Assembly (NCBI GenBank): GCA_016218215.1
Contig: JACREM010000069.1
Location: 1-58,866, forward strand
Direction of reading: 5' to 3'
Source of the DNA: Candidatus Gottesmanbacteria bacterium
GTDB lineage: Bacteria; Patescibacteriota; Microgenomatia; UBA10105; UBA927
Length of the DNA: 58,866 nt
Shown here in pieces: positions 8,923 through 17,374 of the stretch. A program made the translations under genes and the position numbers. Position 1 is the stretch's first letter. Each line of letters opens with the position of its first letter. Under the pieces are notes generated by a model. It ran no database searches. It saw nothing but the letters and a program-made list of their open reading frames with translations, and was not told the DNA's origin.

Positions 8923-9492
8923 ATGAATTCTTCGCATCTTCGATTTTGGTTTTTGTGCTTTGTCTTTCTCGTTGTTGCGACAGTAGCAATAGGCGTATCA
9001 ATTCGAACGGTGCCGTACGGTTTTTCGTCGTATTCAAAAGAAAAGAAGAGCGCACCGGCTCTCAATTCAACTGAGTCTGTGCCAGCCACAGACAGTGCAC
9101 AAATATTTCGCGTAAAAAGGGTTGTTGATGGCGATACGATTCAGCTTGAAAACGGAGACAAAATACGATACATCGGAGTAAACACACCTGAGACGGTTGA
9201 TCCACGCCGTCCGGTTCAGTGTTTTGGAAAAGAGGCAAAAGAGAAAAATCGAGAGTTGGTTGAAGGAAAATTGGTACGTCTTGAAAAAGATATCTCAGAG
9301 ATAGACAAGTATGGAAGAAAATTGAGGTACGTGTATATCGGTGAAACGTTTATAAACAGTGAGTTAGTCAGACTCGGATATGCAACGGTTGACACGGTTC
9401 CTCCGGATATACATTTTTCAAAATTATTTCGAAGCCTTGAAGGTGTAGCTCGAGCGGAAAAAATAGGACTTTGGAAGTCATGTAGAGGATAG
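8923..9492 (+). CDS. Secreted thermonuclease (staphylococcal nuclease-like)
   Basis: SNase motifs VVDGDTIQLENGDKIRYIGVNTPE, GKEAKEKNRELVEGKLVRLEKD, DKYGRKLRYVY, after an N-terminal signal anchor. Confidence 0.8.
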   Translation: MNSSHLRFWFLCFVFLVVATVAIGVSIRTVPYGFSSYSKEKKSAPALNSTESVPATDSAQIFRVKRVVDGDTIQLENGDKIRYIGVNTPETVDPRRPVQCFGKEAKEKNRELVEGKLVRLEKDISEIDKYGRKLRYVYIGETFINSELVRLGYATVDTVPPDIHFSKLFRSLEGVARAEKIGLWKSCRG

Positions 9493-9496
9493 TATT

Positions 9497-9523
9497 GGTA
9501 ATTTTTTCCTGGTAATTTTTTCC
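9497..9523. repeat. Direct repeat GGTAATTTTTTCC x2 (14-nt period) just after the thermonuclease stop
   Basis: Copies at 9497-9509 and 9511-9523, preceded by TATTGGTA, which is related to the ATTGGTAGTATT word. Confidence 0.7.
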
Positions 9524-9565
9524 GGATTTATTGACAGGTAGTCTCTAACCTGAAAGAATAAATCT

Positions 9566-10474
9566 ATGGATACTCCGAGTCAGGATGAGTCAACCCAGGC
9601 AATGCCGCAAGCTCCTTCAGCTCCGCTGATATACGAGGAAACGCCGGTTGTTTCAGAGGAGCCTTCCGCTATTGCGGATACTTCGTCTCCTCAACAACAG
9701 GTTTCAAAACCCCCAGATACTCAATCTATTCCTCAGACGTCAAAAAGAAATGGTATTGGCTCGTTTTTTGCTAAAATATTTGGATTTATTTTTCTATTCC
9801 TTTTGGGGATTGGGCTTAGCGTACTGCTCCGACAGTATCTGCCGACCAAAACCCCGTCACTTTCAGAATCGCTTCCGACAGAAGATGTGGTAAAAGCGAC
9901 GCCGACGGTTGCCGAACAGAACATAGATCCACTTGCATCGTGGAAGACATTTTCTGTTGTGAGCGGGGTGACAAGACTTCCATTAGACTCTCTTACGTTT
10001 AAACTTCCACCGGATGTGTTGTCGCCGATCTGCGATGGAACCACGTGTGCGTCGCAGGGTACGTATCTACCCGGTGGGACGCGGTTTACTGTCGCACCTC
10101 GCGGGCAGGGGCAGCTCCTTTCAGATTTTCGGGGAAAAATTGTGAGCGATCTGGCCGGAAAGTCATTTAGCGTAAAGCAGGCTACTATTTCTGGTAAAAG
10201 TGCAACAGAATTTACCGGTTCATTTACTGGTTCTACTGCTGGCGGTTATGCGTTTTCCCGGATGCGCGGAGTCATGATAGAGGCATCACCAACCCTTTCT
10301 TTAGAAATAAATCATTTTGTCCCGAGTGGTATTTCTGCGAATTTTGATTCTGATGACACGCTTTTTGATACGATACTTACGACGCTTAGTTTCTCGACTT
10401 TGGTAAATCCTATAGAGACCCAAACGCTTTCACCTTCTCTGACACCGTCAACTTCGTCCGGAACTACTCAGTAA
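9566..10474 (+). CDS. Membrane-anchored protein with Pro/Gln/Ser-rich cytoplasmic tail, unknown function
   Basis: 302-aa ORF: about 65 aa of low-complexity N-tail, one TM (FFAKIFGFIFLFLLGIGLSVLL), then an extracytoplasmic domain. Confidence 0.5.
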   Translation: MDTPSQDESTQAMPQAPSAPLIYEETPVVSEEPSAIADTSSPQQQVSKPPDTQSIPQTSKRNGIGSFFAKIFGFIFLFLLGIGLSVLLRQYLPTKTPSLSESLPTEDVVKATPTVAEQNIDPLASWKTFSVVSGVTRLPLDSLTFKLPPDVLSPICDGTTCASQGTYLPGGTRFTVAPRGQGQLLSDFRGKIVSDLAGKSFSVKQATISGKSATEFTGSFTGSTAGGYAFSRMRGVMIEASPTLSLEINHFVPSGISANFDSDDTLFDTILTTLSFSTLVNPIETQTLSPSLTPSTSSGTTQ

Positions 10475-12724
10475 CTTCCGACTCATGGTCGTCGGCCTTC
10501 GGACTGGCCATGAAGAGAGTATCAATGGATGTGTTGTAAGTCTAGGAATACGTTGCCAGAGAGCTTCAGTGACAAATGGCATGAAGGGGTGAAGAAGTTT
10601 AAGGATCGTAAGAAATACGTGACGAAATACGCTTAAAGCTTCTGAGTCTCCTTCTCCAAATCGAGTTTTATTTTCTTCTATATACCGGTCAGCTATCCTA
10701 TGCCAGGAAAATTCGTAGAGTTTTTTGGCTGCGTCTGAGAATCTGTATTTTTCCATATCTTTTGTCACTGAGGAGGTAAGCATATTGATCTCTGAGATAA
10801 GGCGTTTATCGGCGTCGTTTGTAAGTGCAGAGTGAAGTGTCTCGGTGTAAAAAGGTATTTCTTCGTTTTTCATTTTGGCGTTATCCAAAGACAGAAGCAG
10901 GAATCTTCCAATATTCCACAGTTTATTGGCAAAATTTCTCATGCCACGAATTTTGTCTTCGGAAAGGGCGAGATCATTTCCCGCTGCTGTCCCGAAAACG
11001 AGAGCAAACCGGAGAGCATCCGCTCCAAATTGGTCGATCATTTTGAGAGGATTGACAACATTCCCTTTTGATTTACTCATTTTTTGGCCCTTACTATCAC
11101 GAACGAGTCCATGAAGATAGACCGTTTTAAACGGAACTTTCCCTGTCATGTGAATTCCAAGCATAAGCATGCGGCATACCCACCAAGGAAGAATATCGTA
11201 GCCTGTTTCCATGACAGATGTAGGATAAAATTTGCTGTAGTCATTCGTGCCACTTGCACGAAGTGCGGCAAACGGCCATTGACCGGAAGAAAACCAGGTA
11301 TCAAATGTGTCGGTGTCCTGAACGAGATTTTTTCCGTGACACTCTGGGCATTCTGTTGGTATTGCACCGTCAGTTATAATCCAGTGATCTGATTTTTTAT
11401 TTTTGATATTTGATATTTGATTTAAACATGTTTGGCATTTCCATGCCGGTATCCTGATGCCCCAGACGTTTTGACGGCTGATATTCCAATCGTGGAAATT
11501 AGAGAGCCACTGTTTTGCCGTTTTTTCAAAACGCTTTGGTACAAATGCCACTTGTTTTTTATTTATTGCATCAGTAGCTTTTTTAGCAAGCGGGGAGACT
11601 TTTATATACCACTGCTCAAGCGGAAGCGGTTCTATGACCGTGCCGCATTTCCAACATGTGCCGATCCTATGCGTGTACGCTTCGTCTATTTTTATGAGAA
11701 GTCCATCGGTTTTCAGATCTTCAACCATCAGTGGCCGTACGATTGCAATTTTTTTGCCGTGATATTTTTCTGCTCGTTCCCGGTATTTTGGTTCAATGTT
11801 TTTTTGTGATAGAAACCATGAGAAGTCCATCCGTCCATGAAAATCGATGATAGGAGTGACCGGAAGATTAAATTTTTTCCCGAGTTCAAAGTCATGCGAA
11901 TCATGCGCAGGGGTGACCTTCATAATTCCAGTTCCAAACGATGGATCGACTTCCGGATCCGGAATGACCGTCATGCTGATGGGTCCCAAAAGCCCCATGA
12001 TCTCCAGTGTTTTTCCTATGTATTCTTTATATCGTTTGTCTTTGGGGTTTACCGCTAGTGCAGTGTCACGAAATTTTGTCTCGGGACGGGCTGTCGCGAT
12101 AGTAAATGGGCCATATTTCATGTAATACAGAGGATCGTTTCTCTCAATATACAACACTTCTAGGTCTGAAAATCCCGTTCCGTCTTTGGTGCAGTAGTTG
12201 ACAAGTCTGTTGTCCCGATAGATGAGTCCTTCATCAAAAAGTTTCTTAAATGATGTATAGACAGTGGCAATAATTTTTGGATTGAGGGTAAAAATATTCC
12301 GACTCCAGTCGAGTGAAAAACCAAGTTTACGGAGTTGGTTTTCCATGGTGCCGCGGTTTTCGTGAACAAAATTCCAGATGTCTTTATATAAAGTTTCCCT
12401 ATCAAAATCAAATCTGCTTTTGCCCATTTTGGCAAGATGCTTTTCGTACACAAATTGTGTTTCAAACCCTGCGTGGTCTGCCCCCGGAAGCCAAAGTGTG
12501 TTGTCTCCGAGCATCCTATGGTAGCGGATCATGATATCTTCCACCACATACATCGCATGACCTACGTGTAGATCTGCGTTTGCGTTGGGAGGAGGAAGGA
12601 GAACAGAAAATGGTTTAGACCCTTTTTTGTCATTTGGGGAAAAATATCCGTTTTTTTCCCAGAGTGCATAGATTTCGTCTTCTGTCGTTTGAGGTGAGTA
12701 TGCTTTATCAAGAGTAGAGTCCAT
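10448..12724 (-). CDS. valS: Valine--tRNA ligase (short form without C-terminal coiled coil)
   Basis: PPPNANADLHVGHAM (HIGH), WLPGADHAGFETQ, KMSKSKGN. 758 aa. TGgTATAAT lies 7 nt upstream of the ATG. Confidence 0.92.
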   Translation of the reverse strand: MDSTLDKAYSPQTTEDEIYALWEKNGYFSPNDKKGSKPFSVLLPPPNANADLHVGHAMYVVEDIMIRYHRMLGDNTLWLPGADHAGFETQFVYEKHLAKMGKSRFDFDRETLYKDIWNFVHENRGTMENQLRKLGFSLDWSRNIFTLNPKIIATVYTSFKKLFDEGLIYRDNRLVNYCTKDGTGFSDLEVLYIERNDPLYYMKYGPFTIATARPETKFRDTALAVNPKDKRYKEYIGKTLEIMGLLGPISMTVIPDPEVDPSFGTGIMKVTPAHDSHDFELGKKFNLPVTPIIDFHGRMDFSWFLSQKNIEPKYRERAEKYHGKKIAIVRPLMVEDLKTDGLLIKIDEAYTHRIGTCWKCGTVIEPLPLEQWYIKVSPLAKKATDAINKKQVAFVPKRFEKTAKQWLSNFHDWNISRQNVWGIRIPAWKCQTCLNQISNIKNKKSDHWIITDGAIPTECPECHGKNLVQDTDTFDTWFSSGQWPFAALRASGTNDYSKFYPTSVMETGYDILPWWVCRMLMLGIHMTGKVPFKTVYLHGLVRDSKGQKMSKSKGNVVNPLKMIDQFGADALRFALVFGTAAGNDLALSEDKIRGMRNFANKLWNIGRFLLLSLDNAKMKNEEIPFYTETLHSALTNDADKRLISEINMLTSSVTKDMEKYRFSDAAKKLYEFSWHRIADRYIEENKTRFGEGDSEALSVFRHVFLTILKLLHPFMPFVTEALWQRIPRLTTHPLILSSWPVRRPTTMSRKLLSSSGRS
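11390..11424. repeat. Heptanucleotide array (5 units, TGATWTT on plus = AAWATCA in coding sense) inside valS
   Basis: TGATTTT TTATTTT TGATATT TGATATT TGATTTA. It encodes the NQISNIKNKKSD insertion between Cys pairs of ValRS. Confidence 0.8.
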
Positions 12725-12731
12725 GGTTGTT

Positions 12732-12740
12732 ATTATACCA
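12732..12740 (-). promoter_or_regulatory. valS extended -10 (TGgTATAAT), 7 nt before the ATG
   Basis: The reverse complement of 12732-12740 reads TGGTATAAT. The ATG is at 12724. Confidence 0.6.
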
Positions 12741-12754
12741 TTGAGTCTTGCGAG

Positions 12755-13894
12755 TTAAATTTCGACTGATAAATTCGATACGGCAGTGATTTCGTTCCAA
12801 GAGATTGGTGTACTAAATATAGATGCATAGATTCCTATAGTAACAGCGTTGTCGGTACACAAAGAGAATGGGGGAGCGAAAAGGCGAAATGATATGCCGG
12901 AGTTCTGAATTGCTCCTTCAAACTTTTCTCGAAGTCGTGTATTTGATGCTACTCCACCCGAGAGAAGAATTGAATGAGCATTATGTATTTTGGCAGCATG
13001 GATCGTTTTTCTTACTAATACATCTGTAATTGATTCCTGAATTTCGTACGCACATTGTTGTATGGTTTCATCTTTATATTGTTTTTGCTTTTTAAGTGAA
13101 TCGACCACTCGTACTGCTGCGGTTTTGAGTCCGCTAAAAGAAAAACTGTAGGGCTTATCCGGAAGATATGGTCTTGGGAGCGTAATTTTTGAATTTTGAT
13201 CTTTGATTTTTGATTTGAGATTTTGAGTGGTGGAAAATTGTGACGCTGCCTCCTGGATGGCTGCACCTCCCCGGTTTTCAAACCCTAGGAGTCGCGCTGT
13301 TTTATCAAATGCTTCGCCAGCTGCATCGTCAAGAGTGCCACCGAGCCATTGAATATTTTTTATTGACTTCATTACATAGAGCTCAGTGTGTCCGCCGCTC
13401 ACAACCAGAGAAATTGCGGGAAAAGCTATGAGCCTTTTGCTTTCAGCTTCCAGGATATTAGCTGACGGCTGACGGCTGACGGCTGACGGCTGAATAATAA
13501 AATTCGCAAACATATGTGCAATGACGTGATTGACAGGAATGATAGGAATGCCTGTTGCAAAAGAGATTGTTTTAGCAGTTTCTATTCCAATAAGAAGAGA
13601 CCCGATCAGTCCTGGACCTATAGTGACCGCAATCGCATCAATATACCTTTTTATTGTTTGCATATATGTTTCATTTGTATTTTTTGTTCTTAGCGGTGCC
13701 AATGCTTCTGTGAGGACCGGAATGATAGACCGAATTTGTTCTCGGGCAGCTAATTCCGGTACTATCCCGCCGTATTTTTTATGTACAAGAGTAGACGAAG
13801 CTATGCTTGATGAAAGAATCGTTTTCCCATTGAGAATTACAGCCGCGGCGGTTTCATCGCAAGAGGATTCTATGGCGAGAATATGTGAATTCAT
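12755..13894 (-). CDS. tsaD: tRNA N6-adenosine threonylcarbamoyltransferase (Kae1/Gcp family) with two repeat-encoded insertions
   Basis: ILAIESSCDETAAAV, VSGGHTELY, LCTDNAVTIG. At 379 aa it is longer than the usual ~340 aa because of the KSKIKDQNSKI and QPSAVSRQPSA insertions. Confidence 0.9.
   Translation of the reverse strand: MNSHILAIESSCDETAAAVILNGKTILSSSIASSTLVHKKYGGIVPELAAREQIRSIIPVLTEALAPLRTKNTNETYMQTIKRYIDAIAVTIGPGLIGSLLIGIETAKTISFATGIPIIPVNHVIAHMFANFIIQPSAVSRQPSANILEAESKRLIAFPAISLVVSGGHTELYVMKSIKNIQWLGGTLDDAAGEAFDKTARLLGFENRGGAAIQEAASQFSTTQNLKSKIKDQNSKITLPRPYLPDKPYSFSFSGLKTAAVRVVDSLKKQKQYKDETIQQCAYEIQESITDVLVRKTIHAAKIHNAHSILLSGGVASNTRLREKFEGAIQNSGISFRLFAPPFSLCTDNAVTIGIYASIFSTPISWNEITAVSNLSVEI
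13187..13226. repeat. Heptanucleotide array (TTTGAWY units) inside tsaD
   Basis: TTTGAAT TTTGATC TTTGATT TTTGATT, followed by degenerate units. It encodes LKSKIKDQNSKI. Confidence 0.75.
13461..13493. repeat. Perfect (GCTGACG)x4.7 heptanucleotide array inside tsaD
   Basis: 33 nt, in frame, encoding QPSAVSRQPSA. Confidence 0.9.
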
Positions 13895-14328
13895 GTTTCA
13901 AGTCCGATAAGTTTGGCGAGTTGAGTCGTCGAGGGGGTGTGAATTTTTGGTATTTCAATGACCGATGCGCCGATTGAGGCCGCCTGAGATGATTTTTTTT
14001 CTTTATACGGATCTCCTTCGGTAATTGCGATAACGGAAGGCTTGATCGTTGTTACCAGATTAAAATACTTTTGGTCTGTATCCATGGTCGGTAGTTCTAT
14101 AACTTCATCGACACATGAGAGGGCCAAAAGCATAGCTTTCCTTTGTGCCTGTGTATGAATGGGTCGGTTGTTGCCTTTTCGAGTTTTTACGTTTTCATCT
14201 GACTCGAGCGCCACTATAAGTCGGTCTCCATGATTTTTTGCCGTGATAAGGAATTGTATGTGGCCATAATGCAGGACATCAAAGCATCCCCCTACAAGAA
14301 CTATTTTTTCGTGTGTATTGTATTCCAT
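13891..14328 (-). CDS. Cytidylyltransferase-family nucleotidyltransferase (RfaE domain II / TagD / RibL-like)
   Basis: VLVGGCFDVLHYGHIQFL (the HxGH nucleotidyltransferase motif), GDRLIVALESDENV...NNRPI. The 4-nt ATGA overlap with tsaD suggests translational coupling. Confidence 0.7.
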   Translation of the reverse strand: MEYNTHEKIVLVGGCFDVLHYGHIQFLITAKNHGDRLIVALESDENVKTRKGNNRPIHTQAQRKAMLLALSCVDEVIELPTMDTDQKYFNLVTTIKPSVIAITEGDPYKEKKSSQAASIGASVIEIPKIHTPSTTQLAKLIGLET

Positions 14329-14341
14329 TATTTATTTGGGA

Positions 14342-14369
14342 ATTGGTAGTATTGGACATTGGTAGTATT
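14342..14369. repeat. Direct repeat ATTGGTAGTATT x2 just downstream of the vanW stop
   Basis: Copies at 14342-14353 and 14358-14369. The same word occurs on the opposite strand at 56107-56140. Confidence 0.8.
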
Positions 14370-14373
14370 CATG

Positions 14374-15756
14374 TTATACACCCCGTAGGTATATTGCCTG
14401 CCATGGTCTGAAGTTTGACGTAAATGTTGTGTCTTCTAGTACTTCACCACGTCGGGTAACCCTGTATTGAAACGAAGCATTTGCTCCCCAAGCCGGAAAA
14501 TCAATTTGTCTTACGATCCCTTTGGGTAACGTCGGGTCATCCTGATAAAGCGGCGCAGGGGGAGCGGATTCGCCCCATGTTTTATGGTTTAGTATCTCCG
14601 CTTTTCTTCCGTCGCTTGTACCATAGAGAGTAAATGTGAGATTGAGATTTTTTGTATCAGTTTTTGATTGGATGAGAATAGACTGTCCGGTGTTGTTGGA
14701 AAATTTTAAATCGACTGTTGGCGAATAGACAGTGGCGTCGAGTCCCGGCTTAAATCCTCCTTCTTCATAGTAATGTACGCGGTATGCATGGGCATGCCGC
14801 TCCACGATAGGAAGGCCTGCATTTAACGCCGCACGAAAGAGCGTAGAGGATACCTGACAGACGCCGCCTCCGTCTCCCAAGACCGTTCTTCCTTCTTTTA
14901 TAATATATGCGGCCTGGTAGCCAGTAGTCGCGGATATATCTCCTAAAGCGTCGTTAAACGAGAATGTTTTTCCCGGTGGAATAAGGATTCCATGAAGTTT
15001 TGAGGCTGCTAAGGCAACGTTATGAATTCTTCCGGGAATAGATCCGGAAAATTCAGAATATCCTCTGCCGATGAGCTCTTTTACTCCAAATGTATTTGTT
15101 TCACTTGTGACAATAGACGGCGTAACTGGATCCACAGGAAGAGTGACTACGAGTGTGGTTTGTTCTTTACTGCCGGATGAGACTGCCAGTAATTCAAAAA
15201 GTTGTATAGCTTTCTCGACATTGACCTTTCTTCCCGTCTGAGACGGTTTAAATGATGAAACCCTGTTGTTTGCGAATTGAAAGAGAGCATCCTGACTTGG
15301 TATATCTATTGATTCACTTAAAAATCCAACGGTGTCTCTTACGAGATCTTTGTTGTATGAAAATGACAACGGAAGGTCGACGTTTCGTAGCCCAAAGAGA
15401 GATAGGAGGTGCTGGATAAATGTCGTATTTCTCCCGATAGAATATGCCTGCACAGCCGCGAGTGTCGCATCATACCCGACGCCAGCATCGAGCGCTGAAA
15501 GTGTCGCAATCGTATCTTCAAACCGGAATTGGAAATATTTTTCTCTAATCGGGGTATTGAGATGTTCTACGTATCTTTGTACGTCGTCCTTCTTTGCACC
15601 CCCAAAAGAAACAGAAGCGAGTGAGACATTGGGGTAGACTCGAAGCGAATATTGATGTACCCGGTAATAATACAAGAGGATACCGAATACGATAAGAAAA
15701 AATGCGGTGATGTAAATATTTTTTTTCATTGATGTATTGTTCTTTCTTGCCTCCAT
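14374..15756 (-). CDS. VanW-family cell-wall associated protein
   Basis: VanW core PPGKTFSFNDALGDISATTGYQAAYII...GGGVCQVSSTLFRAALNAGLPIVERHAHAY. Start set at the ATG at 15756 (MEARKNN...), with TACAAT 9 nt upstream. The 126-aa extension in the ORF track overlaps the divergent gene. Confidence 0.8.
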   Translation of the reverse strand: MEARKNNTSMKKNIYITAFFLIVFGILLYYYRVHQYSLRVYPNVSLASVSFGGAKKDDVQRYVEHLNTPIREKYFQFRFEDTIATLSALDAGVGYDATLAAVQAYSIGRNTTFIQHLLSLFGLRNVDLPLSFSYNKDLVRDTVGFLSESIDIPSQDALFQFANNRVSSFKPSQTGRKVNVEKAIQLFELLAVSSGSKEQTTLVVTLPVDPVTPSIVTSETNTFGVKELIGRGYSEFSGSIPGRIHNVALAASKLHGILIPPGKTFSFNDALGDISATTGYQAAYIIKEGRTVLGDGGGVCQVSSTLFRAALNAGLPIVERHAHAYRVHYYEEGGFKPGLDATVYSPTVDLKFSNNTGQSILIQSKTDTKNLNLTFTLYGTSDGRKAEILNHKTWGESAPPAPLYQDDPTLPKGIVRQIDFPAWGANASFQYRVTRRGEVLEDTTFTSNFRPWQAIYLRGV

Positions 15757-15778
15757 GATATGATAATTGTACAAGCGA

Positions 15779-17371
15779 ATGCGTAAATTCGCTAGTGTGT
15801 TTATGGATACGAATGAACCACTGTCCGGAACTATCGAGATGGCTGATTTTCCTGTGGTTGGGCAGCCAGCGCCTTTGGTCGCACCACCTCCTGCTTCAGA
15901 AGCACAACCGGTCGGATCTGCGGTACATTCGACAGTAGGTGAACCAGAAAATCCGTTTATACCAAAAGGCGCTACACCTGAGATTGTGCCGTCTATGCCG
16001 CAAGAGAGTGGATTTACCGGGGACAATGGAAATCCGCTTATGCGAAGACTTGTCATGGTTGGGGCGTTTGTGGGGGTGCTTCTCGTACTTTTTTTTGTTG
16101 GAAAATTTATCTTAGGATTTCTTGCAAGCAACAAAGAAGTAACAATAACGTATTGGGGTCTTTGGGAGAATGATGCGACGGTGAAAAATGTTATCGCTGG
16201 TTTTGAATCAAAAAATCCTAAGATAAAAGTAAAGTACCTGAAACAGTCGCAAAAGCAGTATCGCGAAAAACTCCAGGCTGCAATTGCCCGTGGGGACGGT
16301 CCGGATGTGTTTCGCTTTCATAACACGTGGGTGCCGATGCTGAAAAATGATCTTCTCCCGTCTCCTAAAACCGGTATGACCGCGCAGGAATTTTCAGTTT
16401 CATATTTTCCTGTCGCCAAAAACGATCTCGTCGCAGGATCGACGATTTTTGGAGTTCCAATGATGATCGATGGACTTGGTCTTTACTATAACGAAGACCT
16501 GTTCGCATCGGCAGGAGTAAAACCTCCGACTACCTGGGAGGAGTTACTTAGCATCATACCAAAGCTTCGCGTATCAAACGGGACGAGTATGACAACTGCT
16601 GCAGTTGCATTGGGAACAACAAATAATATCGAAAATTTTAGTGATATTGTGGCAACCATGATGATGCAAAATGGTGCGGATTTACGAAATCCTACAAGTA
16701 AAGAAGCTGAGGAAACCCTCGTGTTTTATAGAAAATTTGCTGATCCGACAGATCCTGTGTACACATGGAATGAATCGCTTGATAATTCCATCTATGCATT
16801 TGCCATGGGGCGTGTTGCTATGATTTTTGCTCCATCCTGGCGCGCATTTGATATAAAAGAAATGAGTAAAGCCGGAAATCCAAGACTACGATTCAAAATT
16901 GTTCCTATCCCTCAGCTTCCCGGAAATACTGTAACATGGGCATCGTATTGGGTGGAAGGTGCGAGCAGCAAATCAAAATATCCTGACCAGGCGTGGAAAT
17001 TTATACAATATCTTACGAGTAAAGAAGGTGAAACGAAGCTGTATACCGATGCATCCCGTAATAGACTTTTTGGAGAACCTTATAGTAGGGTGGATTTATC
17101 CGGAAGTGTGACTGGCGATGATTATGTAGAGGCGTATGTAAAACAAGCACCCAGTAGCAAGTCATTTCCACTGGCATCCCGAACGTTTGACAATGGGCTG
17201 AATGATAAGCTTTCAAAATATCTTGAAGATGCACTCAACGCTGTGGCAAAAGGAACTGCTCCGGCTCAGGCGCTTCAAACAATGTCTGCAGGGTTTCATC
17301 AGGTTTTTACCACATATGGTCTTTCGTCCGGAACCGCTGCCTCTCCTCGTGGAGATACCACGATACAATAA
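15779..17371 (+). CDS. ABC transporter extracellular solute-binding protein (family 1, sugar-type) with long N-terminal tail and TM anchor
   Basis: ITYWGLWENDATVKNVIAGFESKNPKIKVKY, GDGPDVFRFHNTW, GLYYNEDLF. The start is uncertain: TTG 15767, ATG 15779 or ATG 15803. Confidence 0.75.
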   Translation: MRKFASVFMDTNEPLSGTIEMADFPVVGQPAPLVAPPPASEAQPVGSAVHSTVGEPENPFIPKGATPEIVPSMPQESGFTGDNGNPLMRRLVMVGAFVGVLLVLFFVGKFILGFLASNKEVTITYWGLWENDATVKNVIAGFESKNPKIKVKYLKQSQKQYREKLQAAIARGDGPDVFRFHNTWVPMLKNDLLPSPKTGMTAQEFSVSYFPVAKNDLVAGSTIFGVPMMIDGLGLYYNEDLFASAGVKPPTTWEELLSIIPKLRVSNGTSMTTAAVALGTTNNIENFSDIVATMMMQNGADLRNPTSKEAEETLVFYRKFADPTDPVYTWNESLDNSIYAFAMGRVAMIFAPSWRAFDIKEMSKAGNPRLRFKIVPIPQLPGNTVTWASYWVEGASSKSKYPDQAWKFIQYLTSKEGETKLYTDASRNRLFGEPYSRVDLSGSVTGDDYVEAYVKQAPSSKSFPLASRTFDNGLNDKLSKYLEDALNAVAKGTAPAQALQTMSAGFHQVFTTYGLSSGTAASPRGDTTIQ

Positions 17372-17374
17372 CCA

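Noticed and set aside
15757-16134. 126-aa N-terminal extension of the VanW ORF in the six-frame track (start at 16134)
   Set aside because: The extension is low-complexity and overlaps the divergent solute-binding protein gene on the other strand. The ATG at 15756 is followed by a normal signal-anchor sequence and preceded by TACAAT at leaderless spacing.
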